Of a DNA stretch of 52,245 nucleotides, positions 9,053 to 19,578 are shown in pieces. A program made the position numbers and the translations under genes. The stretch spans positions 1-52,245 of the forward strand of contig MEXP01000001.1 in the NCBI GenBank assembly GCA_001773725.1, read 5' to 3'. Each line of letters opens with the position of its first letter. The first letter of the stretch is position 1. The stretch is from Candidatus Amesbacteria bacterium RIFCSPLOWO2_01_FULL_49_25 (GTDB lineage Bacteria; Patescibacteriota; Microgenomatia; CAZETR01; Amesbacteraceae). The notes under the pieces are model-generated. The model worked only from the letters and a program-made list of their open reading frames with translations, had not been told where the DNA came from and ran no database searches.

Positions 9053-9458
9053 CTTCCCTGTCAAAAGGAGTTTACAACCCGAAGGCCTTCATCCTCCACG
9101 CGGCGTCGCTGCGTCAGACTTTCGTCCATTGCGCAATATTCCTAGTTGCTGCCATCCGTAGATGTACTGCCCGTATCTCAGTGCAGTTGTGGCTGACCGA
9201 CCTCTCAGTCCAGCTACCCGTCATCGCCTTGGTAGGCTATTACCCCACCAACTAGCTGATAGGAATTAGGCTCCTCCATCGGCGGCCAGTTACGGCCTTT
9301 TCCTACAAAGCTTTACGCAAAGTAGGATTATGCGGTATTAATTGGCCTTTCGGCCAGCTATTCCCCACCATAGGGTAGATTCCTAATCATTACTCACCCG
9401 TCTGCGACTGTCCGGTAGCCTCTTGCGAGATCACCGAACCGTTCCACTTGCATGCCTA

Positions 9459-9501
<43 letters not shown>

Positions 9502-9633
9502 AAAAAAATTCCCACCACTTCTTGAAATCCAAGAAATGGCTTACCTTACTCATAAAAACACTGTCTTTGTCAACGAGCTAGACTCTCCAGAAAACGAAGC
9601 CAATTTTAACTCATATCCACATCCCTGTAAAGC

Positions 9634-10074
9634 TCAAACATCAATATCAGGAGTCATGTTGTCCGGGCCCACCAAACTTTCCAAGCTCACCCACCCTCCC
9701 ACCATGCCCAACGCAGCAAATTTCAGCTCGTCACTCCAAGTTATCGTCTTTCTTTCCCTCTGCAGGTATAGTTTCACCAAATCCGGCCTGACTTTTCTTC
9801 GCATCAAGCACCCATAACCCAAAAAGGCGTAAATTCTGCAATTACGCGGCTGTTCCAGTGTTCCGTGAACCGAGCACCTACCCCCTTGCAAATTAGGACA
9901 AGGGCCCACCAGTTCATACATCCCATCCTTTCGTTTATCCCGCAAAACCGCTCCTTTAGCCTTCAGTCTTTCATACTCGTCAGGTCTCAATTGAAGTTCG
10001 ATATCCTGACAGCACGCGGCGTGGCAAATATTTATGCAATCCACCTTCATAAAGGCCAGATTATATCCCTTCAA
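9634..10074 (-). CDS. YkgJ-like cysteine-cluster (CxxxCxxxCC) protein
   Basis: CINICHAACC, CPNL...C.VH...P..CR.Y. Confidence 0.75.
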   Translation of the reverse strand: MKGYNLAFMKVDCINICHAACCQDIELQLRPDEYERLKAKGAVLRDKRKDGMYELVGPCPNLQGGRCSVHGTLEQPRNCRIYAFLGYGCLMRRKVRPDLVKLYLQRERKTITWSDELKFAALGMVGGWVSLESLVGPDNMTPDIDV

Positions 10075-10121
10075 GGAGCTTATATGTCACCACTGCCGCG
10101 GCCACATGCACATTCAGCGAT

Positions 10122-10346
10122 TTACCCAAAATCAAATCGTCTATTTTTCCCCCGCTCAACACCCGGGCCCGACACCAAAGACAAGTCATCTCCTATTTCT
10201 ACCTGCCCGTTAGCCACCATTCCCCACATCCTCCTCCTTACTTCTGCCGATCTAACATTTAGCTCATCCGCCAATTCTCTAAACATTCCCCCCACATCAC
10301 TCACCGGGATGCGTTTAAGAATCTCGTTCTCAATCAGCAACTCCAT
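10122..10346 (-). CDS. Hypothetical protein
   Basis: ORF in strand context only. Confidence 0.5.
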   Translation of the reverse strand: MELLIENEILKRIPVSDVGGMFRELADELNVRSAEVRRRMWGMVANGQVEIGDDLSLVSGPGVERGKNRRFDFG

Positions 10347-10355
10347 GCCAAAATA

Positions 10356-10895
10356 CTACATCCCCTCCAAAATTTTGTAAACCACAACCGCTGCGGCCAC
10401 ATGCACATTCAAACTTTTATTTACCCCGTACATGGGAATTTCCACAATCACATCCGCCATGTCCAAAACCTCCTTAGAAATCCCCTCGGTTTCATGCCCA
10501 AGCACTAGAGCCACCGGCTGTAAATTTGAAATTTGAAGTTTAAAACTTAAAATTTTCGTCGACCTCGGATCCTGCTCTATGGCAATCACACATAATTCAT
10601 GACTCACTCTTCTTAATTCAACTATCGCCTCCCTAGCAGTATCAAAGTACCGCCAAGGCACCCATTCTTCCGTCCCAACAGCAGCCTTATGAATCCGCGA
10701 GCTGGGTGGCCTCTCTGTCCCCCCGCACAGTATTACTTCTCTGGCCGCTACCGCATCCGCCAAGCGAAAAATCGATCCGATATTATACGTATCCAGCACA
10801 TTATCCAAAACCAAATAAATCGGCTTTCGCTCAATCTTCTCCAGCTCACTTTCCGTCGGCTTCGTCACCCTCAACTGTTTGGCATTCATTCTCAT
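10356..10895 (-). CDS. TrmH/SpoU-family RNA methyltransferase
   Basis: VLDNV.D.YNIGSIFRLADA, LVLGHETEG, IPMYG...SLNV. Confidence 0.92.
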   Translation of the reverse strand: MRMNAKQLRVTKPTESELEKIERKPIYLVLDNVLDTYNIGSIFRLADAVAAREVILCGGTERPPSSRIHKAAVGTEEWVPWRYFDTAREAIVELRRVSHELCVIAIEQDPRSTKILSFKLQISNLQPVALVLGHETEGISKEVLDMADVIVEIPMYGVNKSLNVHVAAAVVVYKILEGM

Positions 10896-10932
10896 TATTT
10901 CATTCTACACTAACCCATAGTAAAATGCCCCT

Positions 10933-11226
10933 GTGACAGAAAATGACAATGTTCAAAAAGCTGCCAATTGTGCCGAACAGGGCCTTTTTTTAACACTCGT
11001 TCCAGTGGGCATCGTCGAAGCGCCTGCAGAAACTGTTCTGTTATTCGCCGGCCAAGTCGTACTACATATAATCAGGCCAGATATGTTTCCAGAACCTACC
11101 TTCACTACCTTTCACGCCGCATACCTATTTACCATGACCTGTCGAAACATGTACGTTGCCCGCTATTTGCCACATCTTATCATCAACAAAATCCTCAGTC
11201 ACTCTATCTTCCAACCCCCTGCTTAG
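10933..11226 (+). CDS. Hypothetical protein
   Basis: ORF preceded by TAAAAT 6 nt upstream of GTG. Confidence 0.4.
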   Translation: MTENDNVQKAANCAEQGLFLTLVPVGIVEAPAETVLLFAGQVVLHIIRPDMFPEPTFTTFHAAYLFTMTCRNMYVARYLPHLIINKILSHSIFQPPA

Positions 11227-11401
11227 ACAGCATGCTGTTTTCCAGCCAATCTTGCACTCTCAACATTGCCTGCGCAAATATCACCCCGGCTCTATTCCAC
11301 CAACTAGCTTCCCCCTCCTCCACCCACCGCTTATCGCCCTCATCCTTTATAGCCACAATCCGCTTCCCCCTCAACTCATACCTGACGTTAGTCCACTCCA
11401 T
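11204..11401 (-). CDS. Small hypothetical protein
   Basis: Directly follows the DsbA-like gene with the same codon bias. Confidence 0.5.
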   Translation of the reverse strand: MEWTNVRYELRGKRIVAIKDEGDKRWVEEGEASWWNRAGVIFAQAMLRVQDWLENSMLSKQGVGR

Positions 11402-11404
11402 ATC

Positions 11405-12223
11405 TCAGCTTTGCGCGACATTCGCCCAAGAATTTTGATCCTCAAACAATTTGTCATGAAACTCCCAGAACTTTCCCTGATCCTTCGCACACTCTGCCGC
11501 CTCAGCCGCTTTTTGGGCATTTGGATGAATCGAAGACAGTGGGAAATGTTTATAAGCAAATAGCACCTTACTCCCGTAGTCTTTCAGCACCTGCTGGATT
11601 GTGGGAAACGCTCTCGAGCAAAACGGGCACTGAAAGTCCGAGTATTCCAACACCGTAATTTTGGCTCCGGTTGTCCCCCTGGTCGAAGCATTTCCCACAC
11701 TTACACTCGCCCTGGTTACCGTGGAAGCGGCTTTGCCCGATAACTCTTCGTCAATTATTTTCTTAAACTCATCATACGGATACGCTCCCGCTAGTAGTCG
11801 GCCATTTATAAAAAATGCCGGTGTCCCCTGCACCCCCAGTTTCCCCCCCTCATCCAAATCGGCCTGAACCGCATTCTTTTTCTCACCATTATTCATACAG
11901 CTCACCAGCTTATTTCCGTCAATACCCACCTGTTTGGCATAATCCTTCATCGCCTCGGCCAAATTTTTATATTTCGAAGGTGCTGGAGCCGCATTGCCCG
12001 CCTGTCCCGCCGAAACCCCGCTGGGTGCAGAGGGGGACTTTGCCTGTCCTCCCTGCTCCAAATACTTCACCTTAGTCCACAATGACCCCAATGCAAAAGC
12101 CGCTGCCACCAACAAAATTCCCATCACTGGTGCGCCCCTTTCCAACCAACTCTTCTTAAGTTCCATAGGTACGACTGAACCCTCGTGCTCTTCCACTGCT
12201 ACACTCTTTACTCTTCCTGCCAT
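11405..12223 (-). CDS. Membrane-anchored DsbA-family oxidoreductase, circularly permuted
   Basis: EYSDFQCPFC active site and GVQGTPAFFING cis-Pro loop, in reversed order. Confidence 0.88.
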   Translation of the reverse strand: MAGRVKSVAVEEHEGSVVPMELKKSWLERGAPVMGILLVAAAFALGSLWTKVKYLEQGGQAKSPSAPSGVSAGQAGNAAPAPSKYKNLAEAMKDYAKQVGIDGNKLVSCMNNGEKKNAVQADLDEGGKLGVQGTPAFFINGRLLAGAYPYDEFKKIIDEELSGKAASTVTRASVSVGNASTRGTTGAKITVLEYSDFQCPFCSRAFPTIQQVLKDYGSKVLFAYKHFPLSSIHPNAQKAAEAAECAKDQGKFWEFHDKLFEDQNSWANVAQS

Positions 12224-12256
12224 GCCGTCTCTTATACCACAAACGATAAATAACAA

Positions 12257-13165
12257 TCAATGACCTTCCTCCTCCAGCCACCTCTCACAGTCCAACGCCG
12301 CCTCGCATCCATAACCCGCAGCCGTAACTGCCTGACGATAGATGTAATCATGCACGTCCCCGGACACAAACACTCCCGGCACATTGCTCATCGTCCTAAA
12401 ATTATCCCCTTCCCTTTGGGCATAACCCCTTTCCCCCATATTTACCTTGCCTTCAAAAATCTTGGTCGCCGGGCTATGCCCAATCGCCACAAACAATCCC
12501 TCAGTCTGCAAAGTCTCTCCACTAGACAACACCACTCCCTCCACTTTATTTTCCCCCAGCACGTCTTTTACCTCGGCATTCCAGATTACTTTTATCTTCG
12601 GGTTAGCAAACACCCTGTCCTGCATAATTTTGCTCGCCCGGAAACTGTCTCTTCTGTGCACCATAACAATCTCCGTCGCATGCCGGGACAAAACCAAGGC
12701 CTCCTCCATCGCCGCATCTCCCCCCCCCACCACCACTACTTTCTTACCCTTAAAAAACGCCGCGTCGCATGTAGCACACGACGATACTCCTCTTCCAATC
12801 AATTTTTGCTCATTAGGCAGGTTCAGCCACTTAAACTCCGCCCCCGTGGCAATTATTACTGATCGCCCTGAGTAATTATTAACTCTAAAAGGTTTCACCC
12901 CAAAATCCACTTCCGTTGCGTTCTCCTCTTTAAACTCCACCCCAAATCTCTCCACTTGCTTTCGCATGTTAGCCATCAAATCCGGCCCTTGTATTCCCTC
13001 AGCAAAACCAGAAAAGTTTTCCACCAAAGTGGTAAGCATCAATTGCCCCCCCCACTTCTCCCCCGCAATCATCAGCGTCTTCAGCTTCGCCCGGGACGTA
13101 TAAATCCCCGCCGTCATCCCCGCCGGCCCGCTCCCAATAATGATAACGTCGTAAATATCACTCAT
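12257..13165 (-). CDS. trxB: Thioredoxin reductase
   Basis: GSGPAG, CATCD, GGGDAAMEEA. Confidence 0.96.
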   Translation of the reverse strand: MSDIYDVIIIGSGPAGMTAGIYTSRAKLKTLMIAGEKWGGQLMLTTLVENFSGFAEGIQGPDLMANMRKQVERFGVEFKEENATEVDFGVKPFRVNNYSGRSVIIATGAEFKWLNLPNEQKLIGRGVSSCATCDAAFFKGKKVVVVGGGDAAMEEALVLSRHATEIVMVHRRDSFRASKIMQDRVFANPKIKVIWNAEVKDVLGENKVEGVVLSSGETLQTEGLFVAIGHSPATKIFEGKVNMGERGYAQREGDNFRTMSNVPGVFVSGDVHDYIYRQAVTAAGYGCEAALDCERWLEEEGH

Positions 13166-13166
13166 C

Positions 13167-13511
13167 CTAAACCACGCCAGCCTTTGCAAGCAAACTCACA
13201 TACCCCGCTTTACCCGCAAACCCGATCTGCCGCGATACCTCCTGACCGTCCCTAAATAAAATTACCGTAGGGATACTCATTACCCCATATTTCGAAGCCA
13301 GCTCGGTCTCCGAGTCGACGTCCACTTTTGAAATTACGACCCTTCCCGCGTACTCATCAGACATCTGCTCCAGTACCGGCCCAGACATCTTGCACGGCCC
13401 GCACCATTCGGCCCAAAAATCCACCATCACCAATCTAGCCTTCGTCTTTTCATCAAAATCGGACCTTGTCAGGTTAATCGTCGCCACGCTCACCAATATA
13501 TCACCCTTCAA
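13167..13511 (-). CDS. trxA: Thioredoxin
   Basis: DFWAEWCGPC and SIPT motifs. Confidence 0.96.
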   Translation of the reverse strand: MKGDILVSVATINLTRSDFDEKTKARLVMVDFWAEWCGPCKMSGPVLEQMSDEYAGRVVISKVDVDSETELASKYGVMSIPTVILFRDGQEVSRQIGFAGKAGYVSLLAKAGVV

Positions 13512-14256
13512 GGGCCCGTATCAATCCCCAGACTATCAAAAGCCCAGCCCCAAAACACATCACTTGGACCACCATACTCCATTTATCAATCCTATGGTCA
13601 TGGTGCATCTCCGGAATCAAATCTGAACAGGCCAAATACACAAAACTCCCCCCGGAAAAAGCCAGCAGTTGGGGCAGCCACGGCTCAATCCAATCCCTCT
13701 GCCAATAAACCAAGAGAGCTCCAATCACAGACACTGCCGCCGATGCCACATTCACCAAAATAGTCTTCTTCGGACTCCATCCCCGGCCAAGTAACATCCC
13801 GAAATCTGCCATCTCATGGGGAATTTCATGCACCGCTACCGCTACACTAGTCACCACACCCATGCCAGGAGACACCAAAAAAGACCCCGCCATCACAATT
13901 CCATCAACAAAGTTGTGAATTGTATCCCCCGCAGTCAAAAGCCACGGCACCGTTTTACCATGCTCTGCATGTTCCTCGTGATGATGGTGATACCAAATCA
14001 AGGATTTCTCCAGCAAAAACAGCCACACAATTCCACCCACCACCCATCCCCAAACAGAAGCTGGATTCCCAGCCAACTCCACCGCCTCCGCCAATAGATC
14101 AAAAAACGCCGTAGACAAAATTACTCCTGCCGCAAACGACGTCAAAAGCAATACCTGATGATGCGTAAATTTCTGCTTCCTTACCGCCAGAATTATTCCA
14201 CCGGCCAGCGAGGCCACGCTTCCCACAAACGACCAAAACAATATCCGCCCCAGCAT
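13501..14256 (-). CDS. ZIP-family metal transporter
   Basis: His-rich loop, HNFVDG, HEIPHE. Confidence 0.92.
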   Translation of the reverse strand: MLGRILFWSFVGSVASLAGGIILAVRKQKFTHHQVLLLTSFAAGVILSTAFFDLLAEAVELAGNPASVWGWVVGGIVWLFLLEKSLIWYHHHHEEHAEHGKTVPWLLTAGDTIHNFVDGIVMAGSFLVSPGMGVVTSVAVAVHEIPHEMADFGMLLGRGWSPKKTILVNVASAAVSVIGALLVYWQRDWIEPWLPQLLAFSGGSFVYLACSDLIPEMHHDHRIDKWSMVVQVMCFGAGLLIVWGLIRALEG

Positions 14257-14258
14257 GA

Positions 14259-14828
14259 CTAACGTACCAAGCCAATAATCTGAACTCCCAAGAGCACCCC
14301 CCACACCGCCATCACTACTTGATGCTCCCGTCGGCTAAATTCCCGAGCAAATATCCAATACCACCTCATATAATTCTTTTCAATCACCGCACCGATAAAC
14401 ATCCTCGTTGTCACTCCTAAGACCGCCCCCATAGCCAGTGGGCTCCCGGACGAGCTCACCACCCACACCCCGGCCACAGCCACCGCCAAACCCGTCAAAA
14501 TGTTATGCACCGGCAAATTTTTCCTCTCCCCTCGAGTCGCGACCAATAGATCCCACGCCCTTCTCACATCCCCCCCGGCCAAAAGCGTCTTTGCCTGATT
14601 CCCGATCTTGTCTCCCGGATCCGATATATACACATAAAATAGGTCATCAATATCCGGCAGGAAGTAGCCTATCACCCATCCCAAAAGCAGCAATCCGTTT
14701 CCTGCCCATGCTACATTTCTCCATTCATCCCACTCCTTCAGTTTAACTATCTCTCTCACCAGCCGCCAACCGACAATTCCCACAATCAGACTGCTCCTGA
14801 TCGCAAACTTCTCCCCCACTCTCCTCAT
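14259..14828 (-). CDS. Hypothetical membrane protein (LPDID motif)
   Basis: Several TM segments; operonic. Confidence 0.7.
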   Translation of the reverse strand: MRRVGEKFAIRSSLIVGIVGWRLVREIVKLKEWDEWRNVAWAGNGLLLLGWVIGYFLPDIDDLFYVYISDPGDKIGNQAKTLLAGGDVRRAWDLLVATRGERKNLPVHNILTGLAVAVAGVWVVSSSGSPLAMGAVLGVTTRMFIGAVIEKNYMRWYWIFAREFSRREHQVVMAVWGVLLGVQIIGLVR

Positions 14829-14860
14829 ATCTCAAAGTATTCCACAAAACCCACTCTCAA

Positions 14861-15130
14861 TCAATAACCCCCAGACTTCTTCCGCAGTTCCTTAACTTTC
14901 CACATAAACAGCGCCCCCCTGTTATCGGCATTCGCATCTATCACAAATCTTTTTGCCTGCTCCAACAATGTCCGGTCTTCGTTTTTAGCCATTTTTATAT
15001 ACAAAGACTTGTGCGCCTCGTCGTCCAACTCCTTCGCCAGCCTATAACCATAGTCCTGCCACTCCCGCGTCACATATTTGTTCGTCTCGGGCTTAGCCCG
15101 CTCGTCGAAAATTTGCTTCAATGATTTCAT
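14861..15130 (-). CDS. Conserved hypothetical protein
   Basis: Operonic with pth; helical 89 aa. Confidence 0.7.
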   Translation of the reverse strand: MKSLKQIFDERAKPETNKYVTREWQDYGYRLAKELDDEAHKSLYIKMAKNEDRTLLEQAKRFVIDANADNRGALFMWKVKELRKKSGGY

Positions 15131-15593
15131 TTAAAACCCCCTCCAAGACTACTCTCTCCTCCGGCAAAAACTTTTGCAAAACATATGTCTCTCCATCCAC
15201 TGACACTGTCCGGTTATCAATCCCTATCCGTATTCTCCAAAAATCTTTGGTTTTCAAAGCATTTTCCACCGATTCTAACCCGTTATGTTCCATTGGCCCC
15301 CGCCCTTTCTGAATCTTATACTCCCCCAGTTTTATATCCAGATCGTCATGTGCCACCCACAGTTCACCCTCCGGCAATCCCTGCAATAACTTTCCCGATT
15401 CATTCATAAACACGCTTTTTGTTTTCACCAACCACAAATCTTCAGTCTTAAATACCAAGGCATCATAATGCTTCCTCCACCCATAATCACTATTTAGCCT
15501 CTGCGCCAACTTATCCACCAGCATCACCCCAGCGTTATGCCTTGTCGCAACATATTCCGCCCCCGGATTTCCAAGCCCAATAACCGCCCTCAT
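15093..15593 (-). CDS. pth: Peptidyl-tRNA hydrolase
   Basis: GLGNPG..Y..TRHNAG, FMNESG, HDDLD, HNGL. Confidence 0.95.
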   Translation of the reverse strand: MRAVIGLGNPGAEYVATRHNAGVMLVDKLAQRLNSDYGWRKHYDALVFKTEDLWLVKTKSVFMNESGKLLQGLPEGELWVAHDDLDIKLGEYKIQKGRGPMEHNGLESVENALKTKDFWRIRIGIDNRTVSVDGETYVLQKFLPEERVVLEGVLNEIIEANFRRAG

Positions 15594-15602
15594 AACCTCA
15601 TT

Positions 15603-16217
15603 CTACACGAGCGGTACGAACACATAGTACTCAAACCCCTCCCACTTCATCCCCTTGCCCCCCTTAACTCCTCTCATCAATCTCTCTCTCACTGGGACAA
15701 CAATTCGTCCTCCCGCCGCCAGTTGCTCAATAAGAGCCTCCGGTATCTCTTCCGCATCAGCCGCCACGATTATCCCGTCATATGGTGCATATTCCTTCCA
15801 CCCCTTCTTCCCGTCCCCAACACGTAATTCATAATTCATAATTCCCAATTCCTCCAAACTCCTCTTCGCCATTTCTATCAAGTCAGGCACGATGTCAATT
15901 GAATAAACCCTGTCAAATAACTTCGCCAAAATCGCCGTCTGGTACCCGCTCCCCGTCCCAATCTCCAATATTTTCAAATTTCGAATTTCAAATTTCAAAT
16001 TTTGCGTCAGAAGCTCGCACATCCGTGCAACTGTATACGGCTGGCTTATTGTCTGCCCATGTCCAATTGCTAGCGGCCGATCCTCATATGCCGCCCACCT
16101 CCATTCATTCGGCACAAATTCCGCCCGGTCAATTTCACCCATCGCCGCCAACACCCGCTGATCCTTCACTCCGTACATCCGGAGCGTCCCCAGCATTTCC
16201 TCCCAGGTTATCCCCAT
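15603..16217 (-). CDS. pcm: Protein-L-isoaspartate O-methyltransferase
   Basis: GQTISQP, LEIGTGSGYQ, APYDGI. Confidence 0.95.
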   Translation of the reverse strand: MGITWEEMLGTLRMYGVKDQRVLAAMGEIDRAEFVPNEWRWAAYEDRPLAIGHGQTISQPYTVARMCELLTQNLKFEIRNLKILEIGTGSGYQTAILAKLFDRVYSIDIVPDLIEMAKRSLEELGIMNYELRVGDGKKGWKEYAPYDGIIVAADAEEIPEALIEQLAAGGRIVVPVRERLMRGVKGGKGMKWEGFEYYVFVPLV

Positions 16218-16221
16218 ACTC

Positions 16222-16560
16222 TCACTTCCCGACTTTAAGCAATATTTTGTCGGTCCATTGGGCCAAAACCGGCAACTTGATTGTCTCTCCTTGGTACGCC
16301 TTCACAGTCAATACCAACTGCAGTATAAACCCCGCAATCCAAATGAGCGGAACCAAAAACACCAAAATTACCGTCGCCCCAAAGACAATCGCCCCTACCC
16401 ATACTACCGCCGTCAGCAACAGAGCCTGAACCGCGTTCCATCGCACGGCCGAATTCTTCTCGACAATCAAAAAGACGATAGACGCTACCCAGCCCAAAAA
16501 CGGCGCATAGCATAGAGCCGAAGCCAAATTGGGAGATAGATTAGTTGTTTTTTCTGCCAT
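16222..16560 (-). CDS. DUF4870-like membrane protein
   Basis: ALCY...VRWNAVQA...KAYQGE..KLP pattern. Confidence 0.75.
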   Translation of the reverse strand: MAEKTTNLSPNLASALCYAPFLGWVASIVFLIVEKNSAVRWNAVQALLLTAVVWVGAIVFGATVILVFLVPLIWIAGFILQLVLTVKAYQGETIKLPVLAQWTDKILLKVGK

Positions 16561-16566
16561 TATCTA

Positions 16567-18243
16567 TCACCGCCCTTCATAAGATAAAGTATACAACCTT
16601 TTTATTTCCGATATATCCGTAGCCTCCTCCGGCTTCTTCTCCCTCCAGCCCTCGAATCTGGGAAATCTCAACGCGTACCCGGAGGTGTGCATAGGGGATT
16701 TCGTAATCTCATCCGCCCGTATTTCCGCTACCAACCGAGGCTCCACCCAAAAATCACACTCCATCTGCTTACTCACCGCGTAGTTATCCGGTATGCTTTT
16801 GACCTTTAAGTTTTGACATTTAACTTTCAACTCCCTCCACTCCTCATCCGTCAGCCCTGTCCCCACCTTAGCCACAGTCAAATACTTATCGCTCTTATGA
16901 TCATACACACCGATCAAAAAATCTCCGATTCCAAATCCCGATCTCTTACCCTGTCCCACGTCATATCCCATCACTACCGCATCGATAGTATCCGCCAGAG
17001 TCGACTTATCGTAGCTCTTTTTATACTTAATCCAGTTAAAATTTCTCGCCCCGGCCGCGTAAATCCCATCCGATTTCTTGGCAATTATCCCCTCACACCC
17101 ATCCCCTATCGCCCTCCCAAAAAATTCCTCAATGTCTTTTGTTGATTCAGCTGTTTTTTTCGGCATTAATCTCACCGTCTTTCCAGGTATCACCAGCTCC
17201 TCCAGTCTTTTCCTCCTCTCGTCATACGTTTTATTGGTCACATCCATTTTCTCTGCCGCCAATACGTCAAATAAATAAATCGTCAGCGGAATTTTCCCCG
17301 CCATTTCAGTAATCTGGTACTTCCTCTTTCTCTGTACTGTCTCCTGAAAAGGCAAAAATCTTCCGTCTTTCCCCAAAGCAATCATCTCCCCCTCCACCAT
17401 GCAGTCATGCTTAATTTGTTTAGCCAACCCCTCCACCACGTCCGGATACATAGAAGTCACATTCTCCAACCCCCTGGAGAACAAACTAATCTTATTTCTC
17501 TGGACATGCGCCTGTATTCGCAGTCCATCAAGTTTGTACTCTAGTGCGCAACGACCATTTCTCTCCCAAATTTCTGCCGCGTCCTTTGCCCTTTCCGCCC
17601 GAGCCATGAGCACCGGCGTCCCGATTTCCGATCCCAGCTTTCTCGGTTTCTTATGCCTCACAATTTCGCTCGCGATCTCCCCCAAATCCGCTCGCACGTT
17701 ATACATCGACTCAATTTGTTGCCTCAAAGATTTATCTCCAGCAATCATCCAAGACAAACTGTCCAAAACCGTCATATCCGAAAACCCCGTCCGCAATTTC
17801 CCCAATATCATCTTCACCGCATACTTCGCCTCTTTCCCGCTCAAGTGATCAACCAATTCACCAATTAACTTCATCTTAAGTTCCTGACTCCCTCCCCCCC
17901 CCGCCTGGGCAATCTCAAGCAGCTTGTCATAAACCTCTTTTATCCCATGGTTCCTAATTCCTGATTCCTTATTCAGTTTCTCTGCCACCAATCCCAAATC
18001 CCCGAGTTTCTTAAAAAGTTCGTTTGCCCTCGGGCCTAGCGCTTTCAGCATCTGCTTGTCCGCGATGCCAAAATCGGGCGATTTATATGCCGGCCCCAAC
18101 CTTCCCTGGGTCATATAGGCCACCAATCTGGCATCTTCCAGGTTAGTTCTGGAAAACAATTCCGCCAAAATCCGCGTCATTTCCAGCCTACTCGCCGTCC
18201 CCTCCAATTTCTCAAGGTATTCCGCCAATTCCGCAAATCTCAT
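16567..18243 (-). CDS. lig: ATP-dependent DNA ligase (archaeal/eukaryote-like, with N-terminal DNA-binding domain)
   Basis: EYKLDG, EGE, FDVL, EGIIAK, WIKYK, LRFPRF. Confidence 0.95.
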   Translation of the reverse strand: MRFAELAEYLEKLEGTASRLEMTRILAELFSRTNLEDARLVAYMTQGRLGPAYKSPDFGIADKQMLKALGPRANELFKKLGDLGLVAEKLNKESGIRNHGIKEVYDKLLEIAQAGGGGSQELKMKLIGELVDHLSGKEAKYAVKMILGKLRTGFSDMTVLDSLSWMIAGDKSLRQQIESMYNVRADLGEIASEIVRHKKPRKLGSEIGTPVLMARAERAKDAAEIWERNGRCALEYKLDGLRIQAHVQRNKISLFSRGLENVTSMYPDVVEGLAKQIKHDCMVEGEMIALGKDGRFLPFQETVQRKRKYQITEMAGKIPLTIYLFDVLAAEKMDVTNKTYDERRKRLEELVIPGKTVRLMPKKTAESTKDIEEFFGRAIGDGCEGIIAKKSDGIYAAGARNFNWIKYKKSYDKSTLADTIDAVVMGYDVGQGKRSGFGIGDFLIGVYDHKSDKYLTVAKVGTGLTDEEWRELKVKCQNLKVKSIPDNYAVSKQMECDFWVEPRLVAEIRADEITKSPMHTSGYALRFPRFEGWREKKPEEATDISEIKRLYTLSYEGR

Positions 18244-18280
18244 GTGCCAATTCTATCCTATACTCTCACGCTCTTCTACT

Positions 18281-18463
18281 CTATTCTACGTACCCCGTCA
18301 TAAAAAAGTATCCAAACACCACCACCATCAAAAAAATGCACCCCAATCCGACACTTACCCAGCCGGATTCATATCGTGTCATTCTATAAATTCCCTCCCC
18401 CAAAAGCGACAAACCGAAAAACGTTGGCAAAATCAGCATCACATATAGTAGTTGAGCTTCCAT
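18281..18463 (-). CDS. Small 2-TM membrane protein
   Basis: Two hydrophobic helices; follows the fic gene. Confidence 0.6.
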   Translation of the reverse strand: MEAQLLYVMLILPTFFGLSLLGEGIYRMTRYESGWVSVGLGCIFLMVVVFGYFFMTGYVE

Positions 18464-18465
18464 AC

Positions 18466-19578
18466 TTACTTTTTAAGCGCATACTTAGCCGCTTTAGTTG
18501 ACCCTCTTTTGGTAATCACTCCTTTTTCAATAAGCGCCTTCAGCTCCCGCAAGATAGTGTCGTCGGACACCATAGGCAATATTTTCTTAGCCTCAGGCAT
18601 GCTCATTTCCCCATTGCTATGCAGATACTCCATCAGCTTCATCTGCCGCTCAGAAATTTGTACTTGCCTCCCCATCCTATGTTTAATTTTTATGTCAACG
18701 GACAACTCCCTTACCTTATCTTTAATCTTAGTTAATTCACTCGACAAAGCCCGGGTAAACACCGTTAGCCAAGGAGTCAAATCCCGCTCGGAAAGTACTG
18801 CAGATTGATTGGATACTTCCATCAGGCTTCCGAAATATTCCTCGGCATGTTTATCAAAATATTCTTCCAGAGCGAAAAATCTTCTAATATCATACCCTTC
18901 CAGATACAGCACCATCGTCGCAAATGCCCTAGCCGCCCGCCCGTTCCCTTCCACAAAAGGGTGCACAGCCGCCAGCACATAATGCGCTATCCCCGCTCTG
19001 ATCACCGGGTGCTCCTGCCGTCCTTTCCCACTGTTCAGCCATTCCAAAAAACTCGCCACCAACCCCGCCACTTCAGAAGACGCAGGCGGCCTAAAACCAA
19101 CTTCTCCCGTCACGGAATTTCTCAAGACCACTTGTACTTGTCGAAAGGCCCCCGCGTGCCCCACCTCCACACTCTTATCCACCACTAATTTGTGAATCGC
19201 CAGCAGCACTTCACTCGTATAATCCGCCAGCCCAGCTTCATTCTTTCCCGCCGGTTCCTGCATTGATTCTACATAATCCAGCACCTTCCGGTAATTTATT
19301 ACTTCCTGAACATCCCGCTCTCTGGCCACCACTCCCGCCTCACTCGCTTGATTTGGGTCATCCATCCCCCGATCCATAATCAGCTTCGCCTGCCCCAGCG
19401 TCAAATCATTCCCCTCCAATATCGTCCCGTAATGCACCGCCCTCAGCCTGGCTTCGTCACGAAATTTTGCTTCCCACGCCGGAACTATCGGGGCATTATT
19501 AATCACCTCCCGAGCCGCCTCCACCCACCCGATGTTCTTCAAAATCTCTGTCGTGATAGTATACTTAGGAACGTACAT
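18466..19578 (-). CDS. Fic-domain protein with C-terminal winged HTH
   Basis: HPFVEGNGRAAR Fic motif. Confidence 0.92.
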   Translation of the reverse strand: MYVPKYTITTEILKNIGWVEAAREVINNAPIVPAWEAKFRDEARLRAVHYGTILEGNDLTLGQAKLIMDRGMDDPNQASEAGVVARERDVQEVINYRKVLDYVESMQEPAGKNEAGLADYTSEVLLAIHKLVVDKSVEVGHAGAFRQVQVVLRNSVTGEVGFRPPASSEVAGLVASFLEWLNSGKGRQEHPVIRAGIAHYVLAAVHPFVEGNGRAARAFATMVLYLEGYDIRRFFALEEYFDKHAEEYFGSLMEVSNQSAVLSERDLTPWLTVFTRALSSELTKIKDKVRELSVDIKIKHRMGRQVQISERQMKLMEYLHSNGEMSMPEAKKILPMVSDDTILRELKALIEKGVITKRGSTKAAKYALKK

